Counted from the first letter of the stretch, positions 1 to 10,514 are shown. The stretch is DNA of 64,000 nt from an uncultured Verrucomicrobiota bacterium (GCA_964610105.1 CAZSUU010000015.1:11600-75599); one strand, 5' to 3'. Notes: a model not told the origin generated them from the letters alone. Numbers and translations: made by a program.

Positions 1-807
1 TTCGACTGGAACGGCATCCGCGCGCCGTTCGTCGTGGCGACGGAGAACGACTCGCTCAACGGCGTCTGCATGCTGCTGATGTACCTGCTGACCAACACGC
101 CGCAGATCTTCGCCGACGTGCGCACGTTCTGGAGCGCGGACGCCATCCGGCGCGTGACCGGCAGGAACATGGCGGGCCTCAACGCCAACGGCGTGATCCA
201 CCTGCTGAACTCGGGCGCGGCCTGTCTGGACGCCTGCGGAAAGCAGCGCCGGAAGGGCAAGCCGGCGATGAAGCCCTATTGGAACATCACGCGAAAAGAG
301 GCCGAAGCCTGTCTCAAGGCCACGCTCTGGGAACCCGCCAACGTCGGGTACTTCCGCGGCGGCGGTTTCTCCTCCAGTTTCCTCTCCGAAGGCGGCATGC
401 CGCTGACCATGATCCGCATCAGCCGGGTCAAGGGCCTGGGGCCGGCGTTACAGATCGCCGAGGGCTGGTCCACCGACCTGCCCGGAAACGTGACCGACAC
501 CCTGATGTCCCGCACCGATCCCACCTGGCCCTGCACGTGGTTCGTCCCGCGCCTGACGGGCAAGGGCGCGTTCAGGGACGTGTACAGCGTGATGAACAAC
601 TGGAGCGCGAACCACGGCGCGATCAGCTACGGGCACATCGGCGCGGACGTCACGACGCTGGCCGCCATGCTGCGCATCCCGGTGGCGATGTCGAACGTGC
701 CGGACGAGGACCTGTTCCGCCCGCACGCCTGGGGGTTGTTCGGCGTCGACGACCCGGTGGGCGCGGACTACCGCGCGTGCAGGAACTTCGGCCCGCTCTA
801 CGGCTGA
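1..807 (+). CDS. fucI: L-fucose isomerase, C-terminal part (5' end lies outside the window)
   Basis: The frame-1 translation is open from base 1. It aligns closely with the FucI C-terminus, including [38 protein letters not shown] and [11 protein letters not shown]. The ORF track entry 34..807 is only the internal GTG onward. Confidence 0.85.
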   Translation, partial: FDWNGIRAPFVVATENDSLNGVCMLLMYLLTNTPQIFADVRTFWSADAIRRVTGRNMAGLNANGVIHLLNSGAACLDACGKQRRKGKPAMKPYWNITRKEAEACLKATLWEPANVGYFRGGGFSSSFLSEGGMPLTMIRISRVKGLGPALQIAEGWSTDLPGNVTDTLMSRTDPTWPCTWFVPRLTGKGAFRDVYSVMNNWSANHGAISYGHIGADVTTLAAMLRIPVAMSNVPDEDLFRPHAWGLFGVDDPVGADYRACRNFGPLYG

Positions 808-885
808 ACCCGCCCGACCGCGCGGCGACGCGGCCGCGCGACGGCAGGACTCGACAGAGCGGAGGCGGCTTCGTAGCATCGGCCC

Positions 886-2445
886 ATGCGTCGGGCCCTG
901 GCCATCTTGCTCTGCGGATTTCCCGTCTTTTCCGCCCGCGCCGCCGAACCGGTGTTCCTCGCCGATTTCGAGGGCGCGCGCCCCGGGGCCGCATGGGGCG
1001 GCTGGGATGGCGGCGCGCGGATCGTGGAGAGCGGCGAGGGGGGGCAGGCGCTGGAGGTCGCCATCGCGCCCGGCGGTCCCCCGACCCGGCTCGTCCATCG
1101 CCCGCTGCCTCTGGATGAACTGCGCGGCGCACGGCTGCGATGCGAGGCGATGGTCCGCGCGTACGGCGTGACGGAGCCGCCGAACGCCTGGAACGGCATC
1201 AAGTTCATGCTGCACGTCCAGGCTCCGGCCGGCGATCGCTGGGCTCAGCAGAACGGCGTGTGGGGCACCTTCGACTGGAAGAGGATCCGCTTTCTCGCCT
1301 CCGTCCCGGCCGACGCGACGGCGGTCACGCTCTACCTGGGTCTCGAGTCGGCCGCCGGCGCCGCGCGGTTCGACCGGGTGCGGATCACCCGCGTCGCGGC
1401 GGCGCCGGCTCCCCCGCCCCGCCCCCCCGAAGGCCCCGTCTTCAAGGGCCACGACGTCCCCCGCCTGCGCGGCGCGATGGTCGGCCCCGACGCGACGGAG
1501 GACGATCTGCGCGAGCTGGGTCGCGGCTGGAAGGCGAACCTCATCCGCTGGCAGCTCATCAACCACCCCGGGCCGAACGGCCGGCTCGCGCCGGAGCAGT
1601 ACGACGCGTGGCTGGATCGCGAACTGGGGAAACTCGACCGCGTTCTCGGGTGGTGCGAACAGTACGGATTGCGGGCCGTGATCGACCTTCACTCGCCGCC
1701 GGGCGGGAAAGGGACGATCTCGGGGTACGCCGGCACGGACGACGCGCTCTTCACGGACCGCGCGGCGCAGGACAAGTTCGTCGCCATCTGGAGGCGGATC
1801 GCCGCCCGCTACAGGGACCGCCGGGCGGTGTGGGGCTACGACCTGGCCAACGAGCCGGTGGAGGAATACGTCGAGGAGGGCTGCGACGACTGGCGAGGGC
1901 TCGCCGCGCGCGCCGCGAAGGCCATCCGCGAGATCGACCCGGCGCGCGCGATCATCGTCGAAGCCCCCCCGTGGGGCAGTCCGGAGAGCCTGAGGGACTT
2001 CGTGCCGATCGAGGTCTCGAACGTCGTGTACAGTTGCCACATGTACGTGCCGTCGGAATTCACCCACCAGGGTGTGTTCCGACATACGGCGCGGTCCTTC
2101 GCCTATCCGGGCGCCATCGACGGGGTCCTGTGGGACAAGGCCGCGCTCGAGAAGGCGCTCCAGCCGGTGGTCGAGTTCCAGAAGCGCCACAACGTCCACA
2201 TCTACATCGGCGAGTTCAGTGCGATCCGGTGGGCGCCGGACGAGAGCGCGTTCCGATACCTGAGGGACGTCATCGACATCTTCGAAGACCATGGGTGGGA
2301 CTGGAGCTACCACGCCTTCCGCGAGTGGGATGGCTGGAGCGTCGAACACGGACCGGACCGGCAGGACCCTGCGCGAAGCCGCGCGCCCACCCGTCGGGAG
2401 GAGCTGCTTAAATCGTGGTATGCCAAGAACCGGAGGTTCCCGTGA
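886..2445 (+). CDS. secreted glycoside hydrolase family 5 (cellulase/mannanase-like) with a roughly 200-aa N-terminal extra domain
   Basis: N-terminal signal peptide (MRRALAILLCGFPVFSARA). GH5 catalytic motifs LANEP (acid/base) and IGEFS (nucleophile) are present. The opposite-strand ORF 448..2349 is Arg/Gly-rich junk. Confidence 0.8.
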   Translation: MRRALAILLCGFPVFSARAAEPVFLADFEGARPGAAWGGWDGGARIVESGEGGQALEVAIAPGGPPTRLVHRPLPLDELRGARLRCEAMVRAYGVTEPPNAWNGIKFMLHVQAPAGDRWAQQNGVWGTFDWKRIRFLASVPADATAVTLYLGLESAAGAARFDRVRITRVAAAPAPPPRPPEGPVFKGHDVPRLRGAMVGPDATEDDLRELGRGWKANLIRWQLINHPGPNGRLAPEQYDAWLDRELGKLDRVLGWCEQYGLRAVIDLHSPPGGKGTISGYAGTDDALFTDRAAQDKFVAIWRRIAARYRDRRAVWGYDLANEPVEEYVEEGCDDWRGLAARAAKAIREIDPARAIIVEAPPWGSPESLRDFVPIEVSNVVYSCHMYVPSEFTHQGVFRHTARSFAYPGAIDGVLWDKAALEKALQPVVEFQKRHNVHIYIGEFSAIRWAPDESAFRYLRDVIDIFEDHGWDWSYHAFREWDGWSVEHGPDRQDPARSRAPTRREELLKSWYAKNRRFP

Positions 2446-2520
2446 AACGCACGGCCCTGTTCCTGCCCGTCCTGCCGGCCCTCGGCGCGGCAGCCTGTCC
2501 CGGCGGTTGAATCACACACC

Positions 2521-3117
2521 ATGCAGATCGTCATTGCCACGCGAAATCCGCACAAGTTGCAGGAACTGCGCGAGATCCTCGGCGGGCCGGGGCTCGAGTG
2601 GCGCAGCGCCATCGACTTCCCGGACCTGCCGGACGTCGAGGAGGACGGCGAAACCTTCGAGGCCAACGCGGTCAAGAAGGCCGAGGCCCTGAGCCGCGCG
2701 ACAGGCACGTGGGCGCTGGCGGACGATTCAGGGCTCGAAGTCGACGCGCTCGGAGGAGCGCCCGGGGTGCGCTCCGCCCGCTACGCCGGCGAACCGGCCG
2801 ACTATGCGGCGAACAACGCCCGGCTGCTTCGAGATCTGGCGGGCGCCTCCGACCGTCGCGCACGCTTCCGCTGTGTCCTAGCCCTGGCCGGCCCCGGATT
2901 CCGGACCGCGACCGTGGAGGGATCGTGCGAGGGGCACATCGCGGAGGCGCCGCGCGGTGCGATGGGTTTCGGCTACGATCCGCTGTTCGTCCCCGACGGG
3001 CACACCGCCACGTTTGCCGAGCTGCCGCCGGAGGCCAAGCATCGCATCTCCCACCGCGGCCGCGCGCTGACGAAGGCACGGGAGGCCTGGGCGCATCGGC
3101 TCGGCGCGGGCCGATGA
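2521..3117 (+). CDS. rdgB: non-canonical purine NTP pyrophosphatase (dITP/XTP pyrophosphatase, Ham1/RdgB family)
   Basis: Motifs IATRNPHKLQE, DDSGLEVDALGGAPGVRSARYAG, FGYDPLFVP and SHRGRA are typical of RdgB. Length is 198 aa. Confidence 0.85.
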   Translation: MQIVIATRNPHKLQELREILGGPGLEWRSAIDFPDLPDVEEDGETFEANAVKKAEALSRATGTWALADDSGLEVDALGGAPGVRSARYAGEPADYAANNARLLRDLAGASDRRARFRCVLALAGPGFRTATVEGSCEGHIAEAPRGAMGFGYDPLFVPDGHTATFAELPPEAKHRISHRGRALTKAREAWAHRLGAGR

Positions 3118-3266
3118 CCCGGCGGTTCCTTCGGGAACTCCACTTCGCACCTCGGGATCGGGGATTGCCCGCGTGCCGGGGATGCGTCATGATGGGCGCG
3201 CACGACCACCGGGCCGCGGAAGGTCGGGTGACACGCCCGGTCCGGTGCGCGAACGAGGTGTCGAAC

Positions 3267-4118
3267 ATGAGCAATGTGGCGAAAGCGAAGTATCTCCTCT
3301 CCCGCCTGGCCGTGTGCAGTTGGTCGCTTCAGCCGCGGGATCCGGCGCACCTGGCCGAACGCGTCAAGGCCACCGGCCTGAAGCGGGTCCAGCTCGATCT
3401 CGACCCCCTGCGCGAGCAGCCGGAGGCGTGGGGCGATGTGGCCGCCACGCTGGGCGCGCAGGGCATCGAGATCGTCTCGGGGATGTTCCGGACCGTGGGC
3501 GAGGACTACACCACGCTCGAGACCATCCGTCGCACCGGCGGCGTGGTGCCCGACGCCACGTGGGAGCAGAACTGGACCCACGTGCAGGCGACGGTGCGGA
3601 ACGCGCGGACACTCGGGCTCCCGTTCGTCATGTTCCACGCGGGTTTCCTTCCGCACGATCCCGCCGACCCCGCCTTTCCGAAGATGATCGACCGCGTGCG
3701 GCGGATCGCCCGCGTCTTCGCCGACGAGGGCATCACCCTCGGGTGCGAAACCGGCCAGGAGACGGCGGAGTCCCTGAGCCGTTTCCTCGACCACCTGGAT
3801 GAGCCCCACGTCGCCGTCAACTTCGACCCCGCGAACATGATCCTGTACGGGAACGGCGATCCCATCGAGGCCCTCCGGCGGCTGGGCGGGCGCGTGAAAT
3901 CGTGCCACGTCAAGGACGCGTTGCGCACCCAGGCGCCCGGCACGTGGGGCGAAGAGGTGGCGGTTGGACGGGGGGAAGTGGACTGGCCGGCCTTCTTCGC
4001 GACGCTGGCGGAGATCGAATTCCCGGGCTGGTGCTGCTTCGAACGCGAGGCGGGAGACGATCGCGTGGGCGACATCGCCGCGGGCCGGGTCTTCGTCGAG
4101 AAACTCCTGGGGGCGTGA
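3267..4118 (+). CDS. sugar phosphate isomerase/epimerase (xylose-isomerase-like TIM barrel)
   Basis: Internal ATG (MSNVAKAKYLLSRLAVCSW) within ORF 2598..4118. Motifs FHAGF, CETGQE and AVNFDPANM are typical of AP-endonuclease-2/xylose-isomerase-like TIM barrels. The upstream part of the long ORF overlaps rdgB and is Arg-rich. The stop lies 2 nt before the next start. Confidence 0.72.
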   Translation: MSNVAKAKYLLSRLAVCSWSLQPRDPAHLAERVKATGLKRVQLDLDPLREQPEAWGDVAATLGAQGIEIVSGMFRTVGEDYTTLETIRRTGGVVPDATWEQNWTHVQATVRNARTLGLPFVMFHAGFLPHDPADPAFPKMIDRVRRIARVFADEGITLGCETGQETAESLSRFLDHLDEPHVAVNFDPANMILYGNGDPIEALRRLGGRVKSCHVKDALRTQAPGTWGEEVAVGRGEVDWPAFFATLAEIEFPGWCCFEREAGDDRVGDIAAGRVFVEKLLGA

Positions 4119-4120
4119 TC

Positions 4121-5143
4121 ATGATCAACGTGGCCATTGTCGGTCTGGGATTCATGGGGGTCACCCACATCAAGGCCTACCGGAAGATCCCGGGGGTCCG
4201 GCTCGCCGCGGTGTGCGACGCCGCGCGGTTGCCCGAGGACGGCGACCTGTCGTACGTCACCGGCAACGTCGGCGACGCGGATGCGGTGCGGCTGGACATG
4301 TCGCAGGTGAAGGCGACGAAGGACATCGCCGATCTCCTGGCGGACCCGTCGATCGATCTCATCGACCTGTGCGTGCCCACGATGGCCCATCCGAAGCTGG
4401 CCGTTGCGTCGCTGCGCGCCGGCAAGCACGTGGTCTGCGAGAAACCGCTCGCGCGCACCGCGGCGCTCGCCCGTGAGATCGTCGACGCGGCCCGGACGGC
4501 CCGGGGGTTCTTCATGCCCGCGATGTGCATCCGCTTCTGGCCCGAGTACCGGTGGCTGAAAGGCCTGATCGACGCCGGCGCCTACGGGCGTCTGCTGGCG
4601 GCGCGGTTCCGCCGCGTGTCCGAGCTCCCGGCCTGGGGACGGGAGCACTTCCTCGACGGCGCGAAATCGGGCGGCGCCATCCTCGACCTGCACATTCACG
4701 ACGCCGACTTCGTGCAGCACTGTTTCGGGCGGCCCGCGGCGGTGTTCGCGAGCGGGTTCACGCTCCACAGCGGCGCGATCGACCACGTCGTGGCGCAGTA
4801 CCGCGTCGCGGGCGGGGCGGCGGTGTATGCCGAGGGCGGCTGGGTGATGTCGGCGGGGCACGGTTTCCGCATGGCCTACACCGCGATCTTCGAGCGCGCG
4901 ACGGCGGACTACGACTGCACGCGTGGCGTCGACGCTCTTCGGCTGTTCACGGAGGGACGCTCGCCGCAGACCGTCGCCGTGGGCGGCGAGGACGGGTACG
5001 TCGGCGAATTGCGCCACATGGTCGAGTCCATCGCCGCCGGCCGTGCGCCGACGGTGGTGACGGCGGAGGACGGCGCCGCGGCGGTGGCGCTCGTCGAGGC
5101 CGAGGAGCGCTCCATCGCCAGCGGTCAGGTGGTCGCATTGTAG
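4121..5143 (+). CDS. Gfo/Idh/MocA family NAD(P)-dependent oxidoreductase
   Basis: N-terminal Rossmann motif MINVAIVGLGFMG and the EKPLA motif. Internal ATG of ORF 3902..5143, positioned 2 nt after the upstream stop. An alternative GTG start exists at 4115. Confidence 0.8.
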   Translation: MINVAIVGLGFMGVTHIKAYRKIPGVRLAAVCDAARLPEDGDLSYVTGNVGDADAVRLDMSQVKATKDIADLLADPSIDLIDLCVPTMAHPKLAVASLRAGKHVVCEKPLARTAALAREIVDAARTARGFFMPAMCIRFWPEYRWLKGLIDAGAYGRLLAARFRRVSELPAWGREHFLDGAKSGGAILDLHIHDADFVQHCFGRPAAVFASGFTLHSGAIDHVVAQYRVAGGAAVYAEGGWVMSAGHGFRMAYTAIFERATADYDCTRGVDALRLFTEGRSPQTVAVGGEDGYVGELRHMVESIAAGRAPTVVTAEDGAAAVALVEAEERSIASGQVVAL

Positions 5144-5288
5144 CCGCCGGCAGAACCGCCCCGCCGGTTCTGACCCGCGCGACCGGCATGCGACAATCCA
5201 GGCATCCGCTGCCCTCTCACACTTCGAGAGGTGTGAGAGGGCGCCTTTCGGTGGTTCCTTGCCTTCCGTGTGCGCCCGCCGCGCCGGG

Positions 5289-6488
5289 TCAGGCGGTCGG
5301 CCGTGCGCGGGCCGACTGGCGCACGCGACAGGCAAGGGGTTCCTCCGGCCCGAGCGCGCAGACTTCGCGGAGAACGGCATCAAGGCCGCCGGCTCGAATT
5401 CGCGCCTGCAGCTCCAGGGCGTGCGGATCGGAGGATTCGTCGAAGGTCAGGGCGCCGGCGATCCCGCAGGCGAGTCCTTCCGGCGCGATGCCGTGCTTCT
5501 CCGCCAGGCGCGCCGCTCCGACCAGGCGTTCGCCGGGCGCCAGTTTGCGGAGCGGATCACGGCCGAGACGGATCACCGGGTCGCCCAGCGCGCGGTTGGC
5601 GAAGCGCATCATCAGGCCATCGATGTGCTCCTGGAAGGCCACCGGTTCGAATCCGTATTCCGCGATCAGCGCCCGACCGGCCTCGTCCGCCGCGGCCTCC
5701 ACCCGTTCACGCACCCAGGCATCCTCCAGCGCCTCCCACCCGTAGACGTGGCCCCTCGCATACCCCAGATACCCGAGGATCGCGTGCGCCGCGTTGTGGA
5801 TGAAGAGCTTCCGCGCCGCATAGGCCTCGAACGGCGCGACGGCCTTCATCCCGACAATCCGCGGGACGGGGCCGACCAGGGCCTCGCGATCCACCGGCAG
5901 CACCTTGTACGGCTCGGCGACCGCCCGCGCCGGATCCGCCGCTCGCTGTTCCTCGGTCGGCACCGGCGCCATTCGCGCGATGACCGCCGCCACGAAGCCC
6001 ACCCGCGCCCGCAGGGGCTCGCGCCACGGCGCCGGCAGTGCGCCGGACACCGCCTCCCGCAACAGGTCCGGCGCCCCGTGCAGGTTCTCGCACAGGATGA
6101 TGTTGAGCGGATCCGTGCGACCCGCCTCCCACCGGCGAACCAACCCCGCCGCCAGCGCCGCCGCCAGCGACGCCAATTCGCGCGCGCCAACCGACGTGGC
6201 CGCCAGCGAGGCCCCGGCCACCGCCTCGGCCACCGCCTGGCGGTCGCCCGCCGACACGGCTCGCACGGGTCCGATGGTCAGCTCCTCGGCGCGCGTGAGT
6301 CCGGCCAGCCGCAGGGGATAGCAGCCCCGCCGGTTGAGCGCCTCGATGAGCGGTTGATCGACATCCACGAAGACGATCGCATAGCCGGACTCGCTGAGAA
6401 GCTGTCCGATGAATCCGCGGCCCACCGCGCCCGCGCCGAAAATGACGGCGGAGGGCCGGTCCGCGGCCGTTCGCGGCGGTTCACTCAT
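5289..6488 (-). CDS. mannitol dehydrogenase family protein (mannitol-1-phosphate 5-dehydrogenase-like)
   Basis: Rossmann motif VIFGAGAVGRGFIG and KLFIHNAAHAILGYLGY, which resembles the MtlD family. Start chosen at MSEPP; its ATG overlaps the stop of the upstream kinase (ATGA). The plus-strand ORF 5259..6860 covering the same DNA has no recognisable domains. Confidence 0.72.
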   Translation of the reverse strand: MSEPPRTAADRPSAVIFGAGAVGRGFIGQLLSESGYAIVFVDVDQPLIEALNRRGCYPLRLAGLTRAEELTIGPVRAVSAGDRQAVAEAVAGASLAATSVGARELASLAAALAAGLVRRWEAGRTDPLNIILCENLHGAPDLLREAVSGALPAPWREPLRARVGFVAAVIARMAPVPTEEQRAADPARAVAEPYKVLPVDREALVGPVPRIVGMKAVAPFEAYAARKLFIHNAAHAILGYLGYARGHVYGWEALEDAWVRERVEAAADEAGRALIAEYGFEPVAFQEHIDGLMMRFANRALGDPVIRLGRDPLRKLAPGERLVGAARLAEKHGIAPEGLACGIAGALTFDESSDPHALELQARIRAGGLDAVLREVCALGPEEPLACRVRQSARARPTA

Positions 6489-7681
6489 GGGCGCTCCCAC
6501 GCGCCCGATGCGCGATCGCGCTTCCAGTCCGGCCCCGGCGCGGGCATGGGCCATCGTTTCCAACCCCGGGAAATCCGCCGCATCGTCTCTTCCCAGGTCC
6601 GGATGCCGCCCAGCGCATCCGGCGCCTCCACGTTGCAGGCGCCCACCGCGACCGCGGCCGTGACGGCCTCGGGCAGCGCACACCCGCGCAGCAGCGCCGC
6701 GAGGAAGCCGGCCACCGTGGCATCGCCCGCTCCCGTCGTCCCCGCCACCCGAACCCTGAAACAGGGCGCCCAGATCTCCCGTCCGGCCCACTCCCGCGGC
6801 CGCCGGGGGCGAGCCGCGCCGATCGCCTCCATCGCCGCGCCCTCGGCCGTCCGCACGTAAAGCCCTCGATGACCCAGCTTGAGCCCGACCACGCGCGCGC
6901 CCCAGCCCAGCAGCTCACCGGCGAGTTCCCGCAGCAGCGCCGCGTCGGCGCCGGCCAGCACCCCGCCCTCGCCGCCGCCGGCGTACAGGGCGTCGAACCG
7001 CTCGCGCCGCAGCATGAACAGCGTCTCCTCGAAGTTGGGCATGAACACATCCACGAACGGCATCGCCGCCCGCAGGATCGCGCGCCAGTCGGCGCGCCCG
7101 GCGGGAGATGCGGAATCGGGAAACGACAGATCCAGCGAGGTGGTCACGCCGAGCCTCTTTACCCGACGCATCATCGCCGCCAGCTCCCGCCCATCCCGCT
7201 CGAACATGCGGCGCATGAGCGAGGGGTAGCCAAAATGGAAGAGGCGGGCATCCGCCACGGCATCGTAGGGCACGTCTCCGGCGCAGAAGGTGTCGTTGGC
7301 GCCGGGACAGTGCAGGAACATGCGGTCGATGCCGGGAGGATTGAGGATGACGGTGTAGGATGTGGCCGCGCCGGCGTCCTCGATCATGCCGTCGGCCAGC
7401 CGGCCGCCGCGCGCGGTCACGATGCCGCGGATCACGCCCCCGAACGCATCCGCGCCGATCTTGCCGGCGAGGCGCGTGGCGAGGCCGAGCCGGTGCAGCA
7501 CCAGCCCGGTGTTCGAAACCGCGCCGCCGGTGCAGAGCGTCGCAGGTCCGACCTGCGTCAGCCGCCCCGGTCTCAGCAGCTCGTCCAACCGGCCATGCGG
7601 CGCGACGGGCAGGTCCGGAATGATGTCCAGACAGATGTGGCCGGCCACCACGGCGTCCCAGCGTCCACTTCCCCTTTTCAT
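6485..7681 (-). CDS. PfkB-family carbohydrate kinase (ribokinase-like)
   Basis: C-terminal GAGD motif (VAGTTGAGDATVAGFL) and anion-hole region typical of PfkB kinases. Start at MKRGSGRWDAVVAGHICLD, with an alternative start at 7717. The 5' 300 codons of ORF 6485..8617 overlap a plus-strand gene and are treated as non-coding. Confidence 0.72.
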   Translation of the reverse strand: MKRGSGRWDAVVAGHICLDIIPDLPVAPHGRLDELLRPGRLTQVGPATLCTGGAVSNTGLVLHRLGLATRLAGKIGADAFGGVIRGIVTARGGRLADGMIEDAGAATSYTVILNPPGIDRMFLHCPGANDTFCAGDVPYDAVADARLFHFGYPSLMRRMFERDGRELAAMMRRVKRLGVTTSLDLSFPDSASPAGRADWRAILRAAMPFVDVFMPNFEETLFMLRRERFDALYAGGGEGGVLAGADAALLRELAGELLGWGARVVGLKLGHRGLYVRTAEGAAMEAIGAARPRRPREWAGREIWAPCFRVRVAGTTGAGDATVAGFLAALLRGCALPEAVTAAVAVGACNVEAPDALGGIRTWEETMRRISRGWKRWPMPAPGPDWKRDRASGAWERP

Positions 7682-7819
7682 GAACCCATCATGCCCTGTC
7701 TCGCGCCATTTTCCCATGCGATTCACCGTCCACACTTCGGCTTGCCGTCCGAGGCGGGAAGCGCGATGCTGCCGCGCATGGTGAAGTCGCAGACCCATGA
7801 CAAAGGAGCCCGCCCGTCC

Positions 7820-8665
7820 ATGAATCGACGACATTTCCTGTACCTCAGCGCCGCGGCGGCCGCAGCCAGCGCTCCGGTCCTCCCGGGATCCGCGTCCGCC
7901 GGAGAGCTTACCGGCCGCATCCACAAGAGCCTCAAGTGGAGCATGGTCGCCGATCGCACAGCGTCGATGGGTGAGACCTTCAAGAAGATCAAAGCCTGCG
8001 GTTTCGAGGGCATCGAGCCCAATTTCGGCGAGGTGAAGGACGCCGCCGAGTGGAAGGCGGCTAGCCGCGATTCCGGCCTCGCCATCGACTGTGTCGTCAG
8101 CCCGTCGGTCCGCGGCATCGAGGCGGCGGTCGATCTCTGCAAGGATCTGGGCGGCGACAGCATCCTCGTGGTTGCGCCCTACGACCACGCCAGGAGCTTT
8201 GCGGACAACTACCAGCAGTCCCTCACCGCCCTCAAGGCCGCCGCGCCGCACGCCGAGAAGCAGAAGATCAAGATCCTGGTTGAAAACGTGTGGGCCACAT
8301 TTCTGATCAGTGCGCTGGACATGGCGAAGTTCGTTGATGACGTTGGCTCGCCCGCCGTCGGCGTTCATTACGACGTGGGTAACGTCGTGCGATGGGGGGT
8401 TTCGGAACACTGGATCGAGGTGCTCGGCAAACGCATCGGCAAGCTCGACATCAAGGAGTACAGCCTGCCCCTGGCCATGAAGGAGGGCATGTCCAAGGGA
8501 TTCGGCGTTCCACTCGGCGAAGGCAGCATCAACTGGGCGAAGGTACGCGCGGAGTTGAAGAAGCTGGACTTCACCGGCTGGGCGGCGGCGGAAGTGGGGG
8601 GCGGAACCTGGGATCATCTCACGGACATCGCCAAGCGCATGGACAAGGTGCTGGGTCTGGCATGA
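7820..8665 (+). CDS. Tat-exported xylose-isomerase-like TIM-barrel protein (sugar phosphate isomerase/epimerase family)
   Basis: AAAGGAG Shine-Dalgarno sequence about 10 nt upstream of the ATG. Twin-arginine signal MNRRHFLYLSAAAAAASAPVLPGSASA. TIM-barrel motifs LVENVW and HYDVGN. Internal start of ORF 6869..8665. Confidence 0.75.
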   Translation: MNRRHFLYLSAAAAAASAPVLPGSASAGELTGRIHKSLKWSMVADRTASMGETFKKIKACGFEGIEPNFGEVKDAAEWKAASRDSGLAIDCVVSPSVRGIEAAVDLCKDLGGDSILVVAPYDHARSFADNYQQSLTALKAAAPHAEKQKIKILVENVWATFLISALDMAKFVDDVGSPAVGVHYDVGNVVRWGVSEHWIEVLGKRIGKLDIKEYSLPLAMKEGMSKGFGVPLGEGSINWAKVRAELKKLDFTGWAAAEVGGGTWDHLTDIAKRMDKVLGLA

Positions 8666-9465
8666 AGAAGCCCGTTGCCCTCGCCATCGGGGCGCATCCC
8701 GACGACGTCGAATTCACGATGGCCGGCACGCTTCTCCTGCTCCGGGAGGCCGGCTGCGAGATCCACGTCATGGCGGTCGCGACCGGCTCCTGCGGGAGCA
8801 TGGTGCATTCGGCGCGCGCGCTGCGCGCGATCCGCCGGCGTGAGGCGCAGGCCTCCGCCGCCCTCCTCGGGGCCGAGTGGCATCCGAGCCTCACGGACGA
8901 CCTCGAGATCGTCTACTCGGTTTCCCTCCTCCGCCGGCTGGCCGCGGTGGTGCGCAAGGTCCAGCCCTCGATCCTGCTCACCCACCCGCCGACCGACTAC
9001 ATGGAGGATCACGCCAACACGTGCCGGCTCGCGGTGTCGGCCGCCTTCGCGCGCGCGGCGCCGAATTTCCGCTCGGTCCCGCGCCGCCCGCCCTTCGCCG
9101 GCGACGTCACGATCTACCACGGCATGCCCAGCGGGCTGCGCGATCCGCTGCGGAGGCGGGTGATGGCCGGGGCGTTCGTGAATACGACCCGCGTCCACGC
9201 GCGCCAGCTCGAGGCCCTCGCGCAGCACCGCAGCCAGCAGGAGTGGCTCGATGCATCGCAGAAGATGAACTCCTACCTGGCGACCATGGAGGAGCGGTCG
9301 CGCGAGGTCGGCCGCATGTCGCGGCGATTCCGGTACGCCGAGGGCTGGCGTCGCCACCTGCACTTCGGCTTCTGTGCGGCGGAGGCCGATCCCCTCCGCG
9401 ACCTTCTCGGCAGGAACTACCGGATCGACCAGCGGTACGAACGGGCGCTGGAGCGGGGCGCATGA
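8662..9465 (+). CDS. PIG-L/LmbE family N-acetylglucosaminyl deacetylase
   Basis: The hallmark [10 protein letters not shown] metal-binding motif is near the N-terminus ([18 protein letters not shown]). The ATG overlaps the upstream stop (ATGA). Confidence 0.8.
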   Translation: MKKPVALAIGAHPDDVEFTMAGTLLLLREAGCEIHVMAVATGSCGSMVHSARALRAIRRREAQASAALLGAEWHPSLTDDLEIVYSVSLLRRLAAVVRKVQPSILLTHPPTDYMEDHANTCRLAVSAAFARAAPNFRSVPRRPPFAGDVTIYHGMPSGLRDPLRRRVMAGAFVNTTRVHARQLEALAQHRSQQEWLDASQKMNSYLATMEERSREVGRMSRRFRYAEGWRRHLHFGFCAAEADPLRDLLGRNYRIDQRYERALERGA

Positions 9466-9562
9466 ATGTCTCCACTGCTTGTCGGTGGTCCCTGCGGGGT
9501 GGAGGGGCGAGCCATGCGAGCCCGGCCGATGCGCGTCGATTCGTCGCGAAAGGAGAGTAGCC

Positions 9563-10495
9563 ATGTCCCGCACGCTCAGTTCCGTGGCGCCCGACTGGTG
9601 GGATTACACGACCCTTGATGCCGCGTTGGTGTCCGAAGCGGCGGCGCTGACGCCCGAGCGGATGAGGCGCCTGTCGCGGCCGGGTTTTCAGGTGGTCTTT
9701 CACGACACGCTGGAGGACTTCTACCTTGCCGAGGCGCTGGAATACGTCGACGCGTGGCGACAGTCCACGGACGACAATCCCGTCGGCGTCTGCGGTCCCA
9801 TCGGCCCCACCGAGCAGCTTCCGCTCGTCGCGCGGATCGTCAACGCCCTCGCGCTCGATGTGCGGTCCGCGCATTTCTGGGGCATGGACGAATGGGTCGT
9901 CGACGGCCGCGAGGTGCCGGCGGATCACCCGCTGTCGTTCGAAAAGGCCGATCGCGACCTGTGTTTCCGGCGCATCGATCGGCGGCGGGTCATGCCGGAT
10001 GCGCACCTGCATTTCCCGAAGGCTGACACGCGCGCCTACCGGGCGACCTGGTCGGCGGGGGTCCGCTGCGCCGTGATGCAGGGGGGCCAGGGCGACGTGA
10101 AGCACTGGGCGTTCAACGATCCGTTTCGCCGCAAGGGCCGGTATCGCCAGGCGCCGCCCCCGGCGCGGGAGTTTCTGGCCCTTCTCGCGCGGGTCGTCGA
10201 CCTGCACCCGCTCACGGTCGCGCAGAACGCCCGCACGAGCGGCGGCGGCAACATCGCCCTGGTCCCCACGCAGGCCGTCACCGTCGGGCCGGCGGAAACC
10301 TGGAAGGCGGAGAAGGTGTCGATCTGGCAGGCAGGCCACCACGACAATCCGTTCGGCCAGCGGCTGACCTGCCTGATGGTCGCGCGGCGGATCGTCGACA
10401 CCGCCGTACCCATGTCGCTGCTGGCGCTCCACCCGAACGTGGAGTTCCACTACTACCGGGGCGGCCTCGGAACCTGCGCGGTGGAGATGCACTAG
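9563..10495 (+). CDS. glucosamine-6-phosphate deaminase/isomerase family protein (NagB-like)
   Basis: AAAGGAGAG Shine-Dalgarno sequence upstream. Motifs [15 protein letters not shown] and [15 protein letters not shown] resemble the NagB/6-phosphogluconolactonase fold. Internal start of ORF 9374..10495. Confidence 0.62.
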   Translation: MSRTLSSVAPDWWDYTTLDAALVSEAAALTPERMRRLSRPGFQVVFHDTLEDFYLAEALEYVDAWRQSTDDNPVGVCGPIGPTEQLPLVARIVNALALDVRSAHFWGMDEWVVDGREVPADHPLSFEKADRDLCFRRIDRRRVMPDAHLHFPKADTRAYRATWSAGVRCAVMQGGQGDVKHWAFNDPFRRKGRYRQAPPPAREFLALLARVVDLHPLTVAQNARTSGGGNIALVPTQAVTVGPAETWKAEKVSIWQAGHHDNPFGQRLTCLMVARRIVDTAVPMSLLALHPNVEFHYYRGGLGTCAVEMH

Positions 10496-10514
10496 ACAGA
10501 CGGAGGAGCATGCG

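Noticed and set aside
448-2349. 633-aa minus-strand ORF antisense to the GH5 gene
   Set aside because: The translation is Arg/Gly/Pro-rich with no motifs. The plus strand carries clear GH5 catalytic motifs. This is a typical high-GC antisense artefact.
2443-2511. Tiny ORF (VKRTALFLPVLPALGAAACPGG) overlapping the GH5 stop
   Set aside because: Only 22 codons, no ribosome-binding site, and signal-peptide-like by chance. Not reported as a gene.
3506-5383. 625-aa minus-strand ORF antisense to the TIM-barrel and Gfo/Idh/MocA genes
   Set aside because: Low-complexity Arg-rich translation. The plus-strand genes have Rossmann and TIM-barrel motifs and coupled starts.
5259-6860. 533-aa plus-strand ORF covering the mannitol-DH-like and kinase region
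   Set aside because: The minus-strand products have a Rossmann motif, the mannitol-DH block and the PfkB GAGD motif. The plus-strand product has none.
6869-7819. 5' two-thirds of plus ORF 6869..8665, and the 5' 300 codons of minus ORF 6485..8617
   Set aside because: These overlap the well-supported kinase and Tat-TIM-barrel genes. Real starts are identified by a Shine-Dalgarno sequence plus a Tat signal on the plus strand, and by kinase N-terminus alignment on the minus strand.
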